Shown here piece after piece: positions 9,060 to 18,924 of a stretch of DNA of 64,000 nt (the first letter of the stretch is position 1; the number at the start of each line of letters is the position of its first letter). This DNA comes from Vampirovibrionaceae bacterium NZW_1234. Its GTDB lineage: Bacteria; Cyanobacteriota; Vampirovibrionia; Vampirovibrionales; JAGQHJ01. The notes under the pieces are model-generated. The model worked only from the letters and a program-made list of their open reading frames with translations, did not search any database and was not told the DNA's origin. The DNA is taken from contig JBGUGD010000015.1 of NCBI GenBank assembly GCA_041697335.1, positions 96,001 through 160,000 of the forward strand, written 5' to 3'. The position numbers and the translations under genes were made by a program.

Positions 9060-11702
9060 CTAGGAGGCTTGCTTTTGGCCCTGCGCTGATGGTGTGACAG
9101 GAGCTAGCAGGGTGTAGTTTAAAATAGGCTCAATCCGATCTGTCATGACAACCAAGGCTTTTCCTACAGCTTGGCTGTCTTGAACCGCTTTGGTGATAAG
9201 AGCGTTGGCATCAGGCTGATTTGGCGCAACCTGGGCCAGATCCAACACTTGGAAGCGGTTCGCCATAATCGGTGGCAGATGCTTCAAGTCGTCTTCATTT
9301 TCCTTGGGTACAAAGACCACTTTGACAGCTCCATTACCGGCATTCATAGCCCCTCGAAGCTTGTGCTTCAATCCACCAATGGCAAGAACCCGCCCGTGCG
9401 TACTTATCGTCCCGGTCATCGCAACATCGTGGCGGATAGGCCTATTGGTGAGTGTACTCAAGGCAACAGTTGTAATGGCCGCACCAGCACTGTCTCCATC
9501 CACAGGACCGCCACGCTCGGTGGTCACAGTAAATGTCGTCCGCTTGCCCTGTGGAAGCGTCACACCCAACTCATCGGCGTGATCGAGAATCCACGTGAAT
9601 GCATTGTTAACAGAATCAGAGGTCATATCTTTCAAATTTTTGTTCAGTGGCGTCATCACCAATTCACCCGGGGCATTTGGGTCCGCCAAGGGTTGATGTC
9701 GCTTGGTACCCAAGAAACTCTCAACTTTCCCTGCCACATCGCCCATCACCACCAAGGCGTTGACGCGCCCTACGGTATCCGGCAAGACATGCCCCTTGAG
9801 CAACCGAACCGAGGTATTGGGCGGCTCTAATAAGTGCTCTAAATCAGCCGGTTCAATCTGGGGCTTGGATGGCGTACCCAATTGACGATTTAAAATAGTC
9901 ACTTCCGCCAGATCCTTAATTTTTTTCTGCAAGTCTCTTACACCGGCCTCAAAGGTATAATCAGCAATTAACCGGCGCACGGTTTTTTCTGGCAGCTGGA
10001 AGTCTTTATCCGTCAACCCCATGCTGGCCTGGGTTTTAGGAACGATAAATTTCTCGGCAATCTTTACTTTTTCGTCTTCATCATAGGCATCCAATTGAAT
10101 CATTTCCATCCGATCTCGCAAGGCTTCCGGAATGCGCTCCAGATAATTGGCCGTGACAAGAATAATTGACTTACTCAAATCCAAGGGAATGTCATCCCCT
10201 ACAAAGTGATCTTTAAAATGCTTGTTCTGCTTGGGGTCCAGAACCTCCAGCAAGGCAGCTGTGGGATCCCCATGCAGATTTCCTTGTGACATTTTATCGA
10301 CTTCGTCCAGCACGATAATGGGATTCTGGGTTCCCGCTTCCACGAATGCCTTGGCAATCCGGCCCGCCAGAGCACCAATGTAAGTTGATCGGTGCCCACG
10401 GATTTCCGCTTCTTCATGGACGCCGCCCAGGGCAACATGCGCTAATTTCCGCCCAGTGGCTTTCGCCACTGATTGAGCCAAGCTGGTTTTCCCAACACCG
10501 GGAGGACCCACCAAACACATGATCTTCCCTTCCAATGGAGGCAGGCCTTTGTCTTGCAACTCTTTGAGAACCGCAATATGTTGGACGATTTTACGCTTCG
10601 GCTTTTGCAAGCCCCAGTGATCCTGATCCAGAATGGTTTGCGTTTTACGGGCATCCAACGTTGTTTTGGATTCAACCCAAGGATAATCTTCAAGAATAAA
10701 GCTCAAGCGTTCCAGATACTTCTGGGCATCGGGTGATGAAATTCCCATGCCTCCTTGACTGGCCTTTTTAAATTTACTAAGCATGCGGCTAATGGCTCGG
10801 TATTGCTGATCGCTCATAATACCTTTGCCTCCTTGATAATGCTTGTCCAACAGAGCTTTAAACTCTTCTGGTGTTTCAGCCCGTTTGTCAGGATCATGAG
10901 TAAGCGGTAACGGTGATTGGGCATCTTTAATAATGTTGTTAAAAATCGCTGAAGCCTGAATGGTTTGATTTGAGGCATCTTTGTCGACCAAACCATTCCT
11001 GAAAAACTCTCCCAAATTCAAAAGCGAGCGATCTTCAGGTTTTGAATGTTTCCGGAAGAACCGGGCCAAGCCCTTAATCAGTTCATCACTGACATTGACA
11101 TTATCGCCCAGCTCTTTCATTTTACGCACCGGTTTGTCTTTTGGAAAGTTTAGTGTTTTGAGTGCCTCCAGCCCCTTTTCCAGCGCATACTGAAGTTGCT
11201 CTGCTGATTTACCGGCCCGCACCGAAGGGGGTAAGACCGCATCCGCACATTGTCTAAAAATCAGCCCAACGGGTTGCAACTCGGATGGTGCCGCATCCAT
11301 GAGCTTGGGAGAATGAAGAGCCGTCTTGGCAAACATCATCATGGTGTACATCAGGTGACGAGGCTCGGGTTTATCAACATAGCCTAAATAGGCATCATCA
11401 CGAGCTTGCAGCAGAATAGGCAATAGTTCTTCCATATCCGTTTTCAGGGATACTCTTACCAGCAGCAGATCCTTTAAAAAAGGGTCTATTGTATCTTTTT
11501 TCTCTTTTGGCCCCGAATCTTCGCCAAACCGAAGCTTATGGCCCAATTGCGCCTGCCATGAAGCCAAAGGCATCGTTGTTAGCATGCTTGACGATTGTGT
11601 TAAAACTGGACTGGAGACAGTTGTCGTTTGATGTCTAGAACGAACTGTTTGTGCTGACGGTTTAAAACGCACGCCAGACCAACCAACCTGTATGGGGTTC
11701 AT
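9060..11702 (-). CDS. lon: Lon-type ATP-dependent protease with atypical N-terminal region
   Basis: Walker A GPPGVGKTS, IRGHRSTYIGA, Walker B VLDEVDK, catalytic Ser DGDSAG and Lys GGLKHK. Confidence 0.9.
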   Translation of the reverse strand: MNPIQVGWSGVRFKPSAQTVRSRHQTTTVSSPVLTQSSSMLTTMPLASWQAQLGHKLRFGEDSGPKEKKDTIDPFLKDLLLVRVSLKTDMEELLPILLQARDDAYLGYVDKPEPRHLMYTMMMFAKTALHSPKLMDAAPSELQPVGLIFRQCADAVLPPSVRAGKSAEQLQYALEKGLEALKTLNFPKDKPVRKMKELGDNVNVSDELIKGLARFFRKHSKPEDRSLLNLGEFFRNGLVDKDASNQTIQASAIFNNIIKDAQSPLPLTHDPDKRAETPEEFKALLDKHYQGGKGIMSDQQYRAISRMLSKFKKASQGGMGISSPDAQKYLERLSFILEDYPWVESKTTLDARKTQTILDQDHWGLQKPKRKIVQHIAVLKELQDKGLPPLEGKIMCLVGPPGVGKTSLAQSVAKATGRKLAHVALGGVHEEAEIRGHRSTYIGALAGRIAKAFVEAGTQNPIIVLDEVDKMSQGNLHGDPTAALLEVLDPKQNKHFKDHFVGDDIPLDLSKSIILVTANYLERIPEALRDRMEMIQLDAYDEDEKVKIAEKFIVPKTQASMGLTDKDFQLPEKTVRRLIADYTFEAGVRDLQKKIKDLAEVTILNRQLGTPSKPQIEPADLEHLLEPPNTSVRLLKGHVLPDTVGRVNALVVMGDVAGKVESFLGTKRHQPLADPNAPGELVMTPLNKNLKDMTSDSVNNAFTWILDHADELGVTLPQGKRTTFTVTTERGGPVDGDSAGAAITTVALSTLTNRPIRHDVAMTGTISTHGRVLAIGGLKHKLRGAMNAGNGAVKVVFVPKENEDDLKHLPPIMANRFQVLDLAQVAPNQPDANALITKAVQDSQAVGKALVVMTDRIEPILNYTLLAPVTPSAQGQKQAS

Positions 11703-11926
11703 ACACGTATCCTCACCAACCTAATTTGTTCCCAACCCACTTTCGAGTTTTATGTTCAGTTTTACTTCAGGCCCGAAAGTGCTTTTTAATAAACGCAGTC
11801 ACATTCCGAAATTGCGTTTTAGCTATCCAATGTAAACAATGTTTTCATTTTCGTCAAGCCGTATTCTACGCGCTAAGCCTTATGGGCATTGAATAAGAGA
11901 CCTATTTTAAAGATGCTTTAAGACAC

Positions 11927-14317
11927 TTAACCGGATATGCCCCGATCTCGTTTTAAAAGCGAAAACAGCGTTTTAAAGCGAACATCTCGTTTCATCTCAT
12001 CCAATGTCATGGGCAAACGTCTTCGCCAATTACGGCGGTGAGGTATCTCATCCGGATGAGACTTTGGGACATCATCGGTATGCTCGATTGTGTTTGGAAT
12101 ATTGATTTGCTCTCGAACCCCCATCACATCCTCCAGCTGAGCCCCATAAACCAGACTTCGGGCCCCGGACAGATATCGGGTCATCGCATTTACAAACGCA
12201 TCATAAGCCGGTTTGGCTTTTTTAGCGTTGACATTGGTCAACTCAGTCGCAAGTTCCTGGCGAATTTTGTCCACCGTAACCTCGGGAGAAAGCAGGCCAC
12301 GATCATACAGGGCCTGAAGATCACCAGCCAAGTAGCGTTGTTCAGCACGCATTGATTCATCAATCGCCGGGGAGTTTTCTCCCAGGGATTTTAGCGTTTG
12401 CCAATGATAGCCTAATACCAACCCTGCCAGGGTCGAAACATCATGATTGCTGGCGACAGCAATGGCTAAATCCCGATACGCTTCAGGGTCAATAGGCGGT
12501 TCCTGCGGCTTTTGATCCCAATGCCGTTGAAAGCGGGTCACATCGTAGCCCAGAATACGCCACGCCTTTAATTTTTCTTTAAACCCGGGCGGAGCCGTCC
12601 CCAGATCTTCACCAATGACGACACACTTGTTCCGATGACTCTCCAATGCAATAATGCCCAGCAAGTCATCCGCATTGTAATGAACATAAAGGCCATTATA
12701 TGAGGTTGTGTTGGGAGGAACGATAAATAAGCGCTGGAGCTTAAAAGCGTGGTCTTCTCTGAGAATCCCGGCATAGCGCATGGCCGTTCGGATACTTTCA
12801 ACGAATGGAGCGTAACCTGCTTCTTCAAGTCGTTTCGGGTGGGGAACCGGGAATCCCCAGTTTTGACCCAATGGGGCCAAACCATCAGGCGGGCACCCAA
12901 TAGAGGCCTCTCTCATAAAGACCGGCCAGCGCCATGTATCAAACCCACCCCGATTGGCTCCAACTGGGCGATCCATATAAATCCGCATCGGTAGGACCGA
13001 GCTGAACTCCTTTAGTTGAGTCTCGGTAACCCATTGAAGAAACGCATAAAAACGAACCCGCTCAGGGTGCTGGGCTTTAAATTCCTGGACGTGAGGGCTG
13101 TCTGGACTTTGCAGTGTCTCAGGCCACTGTTGCCAGGGCTTTCCCTGATGGGCTTCCTGGATAGCCTGAAACGTTGCAAACTGAGTCAACAAAGCGCCTT
13201 TCTCCTGGAGATATGCCTCGAAGGCCGGATTCGGTTTTTGGGCCTGGTGTTGAAACAAGGCATTTAAAATCGTCATCTTCGCCTTGGCAATCTGGGGATA
13301 TTCTACCCAGTAAGCATTCTTACGCGCTTGGGCAAGGGCTTGACGGATTTCGGAGGATTTCAACAATTGCTGAGCCGCCTTGGTTTTTTGCCAGGCCTGA
13401 TAATTCGGGACACGGGTTACATCTACTGTCAGGGGATTAAAGAACGCATTGCTGATGGCGTCATAAGGTGACGCCGTCTGAGGGTATTGGAGATTTGGTG
13501 TTGCAATCGGATTAATCCCAACAAATGCAGCTCCAAAGGACTTCACCCATTCTGCCAACCGTTTCCCTGTCGTCAAATCACCGGCACCCATGTCATGCCG
13601 ATGTTTACGAGGATTCTCTTTCAGCGCATACAACTGAACCGTGGGCCCCCATATCTTGCCCATGTCTTTGGGTAAATACGCTTTGTCCGGCGTCACAATC
13701 AGATGCGTCGAAGCCTTATCAACGGTCAGTTGATGATAGCCCCACTCTGGCTTGCTTACCGGCAACATGGCCCGATAACGGCGGTAAATCTTCCCATCCA
13801 AATTTTTGCTGGTCATCGGTTTAAGCTCAGCAGGAGTTAGGCTGCCGGATACGGTTTTCCCAGACTCAAACTGGAGCTGCCAGGAGACGGACTGAGAAGC
13901 GGCCTCCTCGGGTAGTGTGATTTCCAGAGGGATACCGGTGGCCACATGAGATTCAGGACGTACCAAAACCGGGGGCAGCGGCTTCTTCCATGCGGCCCGG
14001 GTCATGTCATCTACCAGAGCCAAGACCTTATCGGCCTGCTGTAGTTGCTCTATTGGGTATCCCATAACTTGCAGCACTGACTGAATCTGGCCGTTACTCG
14101 GACGCTTTCCTTCACTTCCCGGGGCATAGCTGACCAACTCAATTCCGTTCGCCTTGGCTAAGTCATCCAAAGCCAGATCCAAGGTGGGTGATGCCGAACG
14201 GAAACGGACGGAGTCCGTCCCATAAAGAGGCCGTAAAGAATCTGAACGGGGGGCTTTTGTTGCTGAGCTGACGAATGAACCAACTCGAACGGGGAAAAAC
14301 CCAAGAGAGGGGATCAT
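11927..14317 (-). CDS. malQ: 4-alpha-glucanotransferase (amylomaltase, GH77) with N-terminal leader
   Basis: WGPTVQLY, ASPY, GCPPDGLAPLGQNWG, LREDH, IGEDLG, NHD, NIPNT, NWRRRL; GGAG RBS upstream of ATG 14317. Confidence 0.9.
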   Translation of the reverse strand: MIPSLGFFPVRVGSFVSSATKAPRSDSLRPLYGTDSVRFRSASPTLDLALDDLAKANGIELVSYAPGSEGKRPSNGQIQSVLQVMGYPIEQLQQADKVLALVDDMTRAAWKKPLPPVLVRPESHVATGIPLEITLPEEAASQSVSWQLQFESGKTVSGSLTPAELKPMTSKNLDGKIYRRYRAMLPVSKPEWGYHQLTVDKASTHLIVTPDKAYLPKDMGKIWGPTVQLYALKENPRKHRHDMGAGDLTTGKRLAEWVKSFGAAFVGINPIATPNLQYPQTASPYDAISNAFFNPLTVDVTRVPNYQAWQKTKAAQQLLKSSEIRQALAQARKNAYWVEYPQIAKAKMTILNALFQHQAQKPNPAFEAYLQEKGALLTQFATFQAIQEAHQGKPWQQWPETLQSPDSPHVQEFKAQHPERVRFYAFLQWVTETQLKEFSSVLPMRIYMDRPVGANRGGFDTWRWPVFMREASIGCPPDGLAPLGQNWGFPVPHPKRLEEAGYAPFVESIRTAMRYAGILREDHAFKLQRLFIVPPNTTSYNGLYVHYNADDLLGIIALESHRNKCVVIGEDLGTAPPGFKEKLKAWRILGYDVTRFQRHWDQKPQEPPIDPEAYRDLAIAVASNHDVSTLAGLVLGYHWQTLKSLGENSPAIDESMRAEQRYLAGDLQALYDRGLLSPEVTVDKIRQELATELTNVNAKKAKPAYDAFVNAMTRYLSGARSLVYGAQLEDVMGVREQINIPNTIEHTDDVPKSHPDEIPHRRNWRRRLPMTLDEMKRDVRFKTLFSLLKRDRGISG

Positions 14318-14592
14318 AACAAGGTCTCCACAGGAAGGCTTCAAATAAATATGATTATTGTGTCATGAACATGAGATACCTCATAAAACATCCTTTTCTA
14401 CTTAACTCCTGATGTGCAAATTCACATAGCCTCTCATCGGGTGACATCGGTGTCTTGTACTTTATTCCACGCCAACAAAAACCCTGCTGCTCTTTCTCCT
14501 CGGAAGATTCCAGGTTTTACTACCTAAACAAAGGCCGGTTCTTCAGCAACCTGCGACTTTAACTTTGGCCAAGCCCCTCCAGCCTCAGCGAA

Positions 14593-15627
14593 TTATGAAA
14601 CCGTCTTGGCCATTGGTATCTGATAGTTCAACTGCTGCATCGCTTTGGCAAAAGAGGCCACAGGCATTTGCTCTGACGACCATCCGATGGTGTCACCCAG
14701 AGCATAGACCAAGGCAATCAATTGAACCATTAAGGCCAAGGTCCCCAAAGGCCCTTCCGCAGCCGTGGTCAGCGAAAGCGTCGGAATGTCGGACGGCAGC
14801 AGGGCCAGGGTCTGTTCCGCAAGAATGGCTTCGTTTGGGGTGACCAGCGCTATCACAGCGGTGTCCTGCCCATAGCGGTGAAGCCAATGATGATGCCCAT
14901 GAGCAAGGTTCCGATAATCGATCAGGCGGGTACTTACCATCGCTGCTTCAGTTAGCTTACACTCGGCATCCAGAGCCACTGGCAAACCCCACCCCCCATA
15001 GACAATCATCCAAGTGCGCTTCTTAGCCAACTCCGGCATTGCTTTGATGATGTTTGCCTGGACCTCGGCCCGAACCTGAATATCCAGATCCGAAAGATAC
15101 CAGGCCGGGCTAAACGCCTGCTGATAGGCTTTCAACAAAAGACCCATGAAGGCCACCAGGGAAACCGTTGCAAGAAAACCATCCTTACCTGTTGGAATGT
15201 CGAACTCCAAAGCAGATCCGGTCGAGTGTGCTTTGGCAGCCTGGGCCAAGGGGCTGTCAAAGCAGCCACACATGGCATGGATGGCCTTGACCTGGTTGCA
15301 GACCGCCACGTCAAAAGTATTCAAGACATCCCGATTTTTGCCTCCCGCACTGGGCAGAACCACGGCAACCTCAGAAAGACATTGGGGGAAATTAAAAAAC
15401 TCCCACGGCGTCACATGTTTGGCCACAGTACCTTGGGCCTGATGCATCAGGGCCATATAGGCTGCCACCGTTAAAGACCCTCCTGACCCCACACAGATGA
15501 GCGGTGTCGATTGCTGTTGCTTCCAAAACGCCACTAACGGATCGACACTCACACTTTCGTTAGCCCATTGCCAGGTACGGATTAGAATCTCTTGCTCGGT
15601 CTGAAAATTGGTCTGTAACCCGTGCAT
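14593..15627 (-). CDS. SIS (sugar isomerase) domain protein
   Basis: VGSGGS, SAGGKNRD, DGFLAT, DYRNLAHG; two SIS-like halves. Confidence 0.7.
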   Translation of the reverse strand: MHGLQTNFQTEQEILIRTWQWANESVSVDPLVAFWKQQQSTPLICVGSGGSLTVAAYMALMHQAQGTVAKHVTPWEFFNFPQCLSEVAVVLPSAGGKNRDVLNTFDVAVCNQVKAIHAMCGCFDSPLAQAAKAHSTGSALEFDIPTGKDGFLATVSLVAFMGLLLKAYQQAFSPAWYLSDLDIQVRAEVQANIIKAMPELAKKRTWMIVYGGWGLPVALDAECKLTEAAMVSTRLIDYRNLAHGHHHWLHRYGQDTAVIALVTPNEAILAEQTLALLPSDIPTLSLTTAAEGPLGTLALMVQLIALVYALGDTIGWSSEQMPVASFAKAMQQLNYQIPMAKTVS

Positions 15628-15872
15628 CTTGCACTCCCCGTAGCGTTGCTCACACTAAGCCCATTGTCCCAGTCTCATCAAAAAAGACAATGACAAGGCT
15701 CAAGTCCGCTGCGCTAGAACTCGTATAGGGAAACAACCGATGATATTTTTGATCACTGTTGACAACATCTACCCATTCTTCAAAGCATGACTCTCCGCCC
15801 ATGTTTGAGGAGCAAGCCCGATAAAAAACACACTATACACCGTTTTTGTCCCTCCCTAAAAAACAATCCTCC

Positions 15873-15901
15873 TCGACATCTTTCTCTTCGATCACTACAC
15901 T
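15873..15901 (+). promoter_or_regulatory. Candidate sigma70 promoter
   Basis: TCGACA-N17-TACACT. Confidence 0.5.
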
Positions 15902-15906
15902 CATAA

Positions 15907-16060
15907 GTATCCCCGATGACATACGCTGGGTAGGTGAGGAAGGCAATTTAAGACTTCTTATTCACACCAAAACGACATTCAGTTACTCTCACTCCATTCG
16001 AAACACTCTGCTGTAGAGACTGCAATTCCCCCTGCCTATATTCAGGCAGGGGGCTTTTTT
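15907..16060 (+). ncRNA. Candidate ~150-nt small RNA
   Basis: Lies between a + strand promoter and a + strand U-tailed terminator, while both flanking genes are on the - strand; no meaningful ORF. Confidence 0.4.
16028..16060 (+). terminator. Intrinsic terminator (+ strand)
   Basis: CCCCCTGCCT-N6-AGGCAGGGGG-CTTTTTT. Confidence 0.8.
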
Positions 16061-16067
16061 AGCGCTG

Positions 16068-17366
16068 TCAGAAAAAACGAAGCGGTGTATCCGCATCACT
16101 CATAAGAACAGCCTCATCAAAGCTTCCATATTGTGTAGCAGGCCCGTAACCTTGTTGCATTTTCCAAGATGGCGGTTTTAAACCTTCAGCAGCATAGACC
16201 AGCGTACCACCGCCCCAGCGAGCATTCACGCAATCCATCGCTTGCATCAAGGATAAGTGTTTCTCAGAGACAGTTTCGGCTGAAAACAAATTAAGCTGCA
16301 CGGCCTCTTGCGAGGATAAATTATGCAGCAGCACCCCTAACTTATGATATCCATACCCGGGTTGAAAGATCCGAGCCAGCCCCAATAACCCAGCCTGGGT
16401 AATCTGGGCCGTCAGCGCCGTCGGCACCGGCAATGCAATGGTAATGTCGTTCCGATACTGCGGCATGGCACGAAACTTATTGGTGCGAATAAAAATCGTG
16501 ACATGCCCAGCCACCATACGATGACTGCGAAGCTTTTCACATACTTTTCGGGCATAGGTTGCCAAAATTTGCTGTAACGTGGGTAAATCATACACGAGCA
16601 CCCCAAACGACCGAGAGAACATCATACTCTTAGGAGGCTTGACCAATGGCTGGATGTCAATACAAGGCACCCCATTGAGTTCGGCTACGGTTTGAGCGAC
16701 CAGGACACTAAAGCGTTGACGCATACGCGCCACAGGCTGCTGAGCCAAATCCCAGGCCGTTTGAATGCCCATCCGGCCCAAATGTTCTTGTAAACGTCGC
16801 CCCACCCCCCACACATCAGCGACCGGCAGCTGCTTTAATAATGTTTCCTGATCTGCTCGATCCAGTAGGATACGGACGCCTTGGTACTCGGGGGTTTTCT
16901 TGGCCACATCAACAGCAACCTTCGCCAGAGTCTTGGTTCGAGCCACCCCAACCGAAGTTGGAATGCCGACTTCCGCCAGTACAGTCTCCCGGACATGATA
17001 GCCCCAGGCATCCAAGGGGCCGACTACTACCGAAGAAATGTCCATGAAAACCTCATCAATGGAGTAAACCTCCACTCGAGGCGAAAAGGTCCTTAAACAC
17101 CGTACCACTTGCCGAGAAACATTGGCATAAAAGGGAAAGTCTGGAGAAACGAGGTGAATGTCGTGCTGGCGAATCAAAGAGCGAATTTTAAAAATGGGTG
17201 TTCCCATCCGTACACCAAGACGCTTGGCCTCGGGCGACATGGCAATGGCACAGCCATCGTTGTTAGATAACACAATCACCGGCTTATCATGTAGCGATGG
17301 GTTTCTTAGACGCTCACATGACGCATAAAAGTGATTACAGTCTACTAAAGCGCACAAACGATGCAT
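16068..17366 (-). CDS. umuC: Y-family DNA polymerase V subunit UmuC
   Basis: ALVDCNHFYASCE, VLSNNDGC, YSIDE, TKTLAK, DVWGVG, C-terminal WKMQQ (DUF4113-like). Confidence 0.92.
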   Translation of the reverse strand: MHRLCALVDCNHFYASCERLRNPSLHDKPVIVLSNNDGCAIAMSPEAKRLGVRMGTPIFKIRSLIRQHDIHLVSPDFPFYANVSRQVVRCLRTFSPRVEVYSIDEVFMDISSVVVGPLDAWGYHVRETVLAEVGIPTSVGVARTKTLAKVAVDVAKKTPEYQGVRILLDRADQETLLKQLPVADVWGVGRRLQEHLGRMGIQTAWDLAQQPVARMRQRFSVLVAQTVAELNGVPCIDIQPLVKPPKSMMFSRSFGVLVYDLPTLQQILATYARKVCEKLRSHRMVAGHVTIFIRTNKFRAMPQYRNDITIALPVPTALTAQITQAGLLGLARIFQPGYGYHKLGVLLHNLSSQEAVQLNLFSAETVSEKHLSLMQAMDCVNARWGGGTLVYAAEGLKPPSWKMQQGYGPATQYGSFDEAVLMSDADTPLRFF

Positions 17367-17403
17367 GACAAATGCCCTCCTAAAGCATGGCTCGGGGAGA
17401 CTT

Positions 17404-17421
17404 ATCGAAAATATTTTCGAT
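17404..17421. promoter_or_regulatory. Candidate LexA/SOS operator overlapping the umuC promoter
   Basis: Perfect palindrome ATCGAAAATATTTTCGAT. It overlaps the minus-strand -10 TATGAT (17420-17425); -35 TTGACA at 17444-17449. Confidence 0.6.
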
Positions 17422-17541
17422 CATAAAAGTCCCGCCCGCTCTATGTCAAGCCATGGCCATCCTCGCTCCAAGACAAAGGTTGTCATTTTAACTGCCTTAA
17501 AAATTTCTGAAAATAAGGCTGCAGGAAAGTTAAAAAACTGC

Positions 17542-18321
17542 TTATTCCCCCAGCCACTGTCTTTTCAGGGCGGGTAAGGCACCTGAATCGTTGACATTGA
17601 CGAGCCAGTGGTTGAGGCGCTGCTGAAGGTCCGGGTGCTTCGGGTGGACGAGAAACACTTTCATCTCATGCGTGAATAGCGCGCGCTCATCAGAAACACA
17701 CAATGCAGGCTGATGACGATGAATCCATTGGGCTTCTTCCACATCGGTGATCATGACATCGGCTTGGCGAGCCAGCACGGATTGGATAGCCTCCTGATTT
17801 TTCGGCTTGATAATGAGCTGGGCTTGGGACAAGTGCTTGCGGGCAAAAGCTTCATTAGTGCCGCCAGCATTTTCAACCACCCGCACTGTGGGTTGATCGA
17901 CATCCGATAGCGTTTTAAAGCGAGAAACGGATTCACATCGCACCAGAAGAATTTTTCCGCCCTGAACGTAAGGCACCGTCACCAAGGCCTGTGCTTCACG
18001 TTCCGGGGTCAGGCTGATGCCTCCTACTGCAACCTGGAACTTTTGACGCTTTAAGTCACGCATCAACGACGTCCATGTGGTAGGAACCCACACGATACGA
18101 TAGCCCGCCTGATCCGAAAACGCCCGAATCAAATCGATATCGAGCCCCTGGTACTGGCGTTCTTTCCCTTCTCTCTGACTGTAAGGCGCATAATCACCTG
18201 GAGTCCCGATCCGCAGCGTTTTGGCCGAAGCTGAAACATCGTTTAATGGGACTCCGAACAATACCAGCACAATCGCTGTGAATGCCCAACTTCTCCACCA
18301 TCGAAAACCGCTCTGCCTCAT
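17542..18321 (-). CDS. Periplasmic amino-acid-binding-fold protein, cyclohexadienyl dehydratase (PheC)-like
   Basis: Signal peptide; GTPGDYAPYS, GGISLTPER, NAGGTNEAFAR, DVMITD. Confidence 0.75.
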   Translation of the reverse strand: MRQSGFRWWRSWAFTAIVLVLFGVPLNDVSASAKTLRIGTPGDYAPYSQREGKERQYQGLDIDLIRAFSDQAGYRIVWVPTTWTSLMRDLKRQKFQVAVGGISLTPEREAQALVTVPYVQGGKILLVRCESVSRFKTLSDVDQPTVRVVENAGGTNEAFARKHLSQAQLIIKPKNQEAIQSVLARQADVMITDVEEAQWIHRHQPALCVSDERALFTHEMKVFLVHPKHPDLQQRLNHWLVNVNDSGALPALKRQWLGE

Positions 18322-18341
18322 CGCAAAAGTCTCTTGCGACC

Positions 18342-18692
18342 TTAATGAACCCGATTTTTGAGCTTCCAGTAAGCTTCGAGGACGGTCTGAACCACTTGGT
18401 TTGCATTCGTCATTCGGTGCAAGGTAAACACTGGCTTTGTCTCTGGAGGATAAGCCTTATTCAGCTCAAACCCAAGATAGTTGGGTTCCGTTGTTGATTG
18501 ACCGACCATATCATCAGCATAGAATACGGTTAACGTGTCCCTGTCATTACCATCGACAGCCAGCATCCTCTCTGCACGGGCCAGACCGTCTTTGACAGCC
18601 GGATTAAACTTCGCCCGTTCCTTACGGGTCATTTCATGATCATCCCAAACCAAACGGGTCCCAAACAATGGTGCTGATGACGAAATTCGCAT
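18342..18692 (-). CDS. Hypothetical protein with short leader (MRISSSAPLFG)
   Basis: ORF with AAAGGA RBS before ATG 18692. Confidence 0.6.
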   Translation of the reverse strand: MRISSSAPLFGTRLVWDDHEMTRKERAKFNPAVKDGLARAERMLAVDGNDRDTLTVFYADDMVGQSTTEPNYLGFELNKAYPPETKPVFTLHRMTNANQVVQTVLEAYWKLKNRVH

Positions 18693-18924
18693 ACGCCCCA
18701 AGTCCTTTCTCTGAAACAGTAACTTGCCCCTCACGGCAATACGATGCATTAGGGCTTATTGTATTTATCCCATTCCCGGAACGCAAGTAAAAAAACACCC
18801 GATCGGCCTTCTGGAATTTATGGGTTCCTGGCAAATTCATAAATTCTGTCGATGCCCACAATACCTCAGCATACGGTACCATAAGGATAGCTCAGGATGG
18901 TCCAACCCTGGAGTGGAATCTTAA

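Noticed and set aside
1..17400. Apparently lower GC in the first ~17 kb as a genomic island
   Set aside because: Judged by eye only. There is no integrase, tRNA or flanking repeat, and the region carries the same leader-bearing gene style as the rest.
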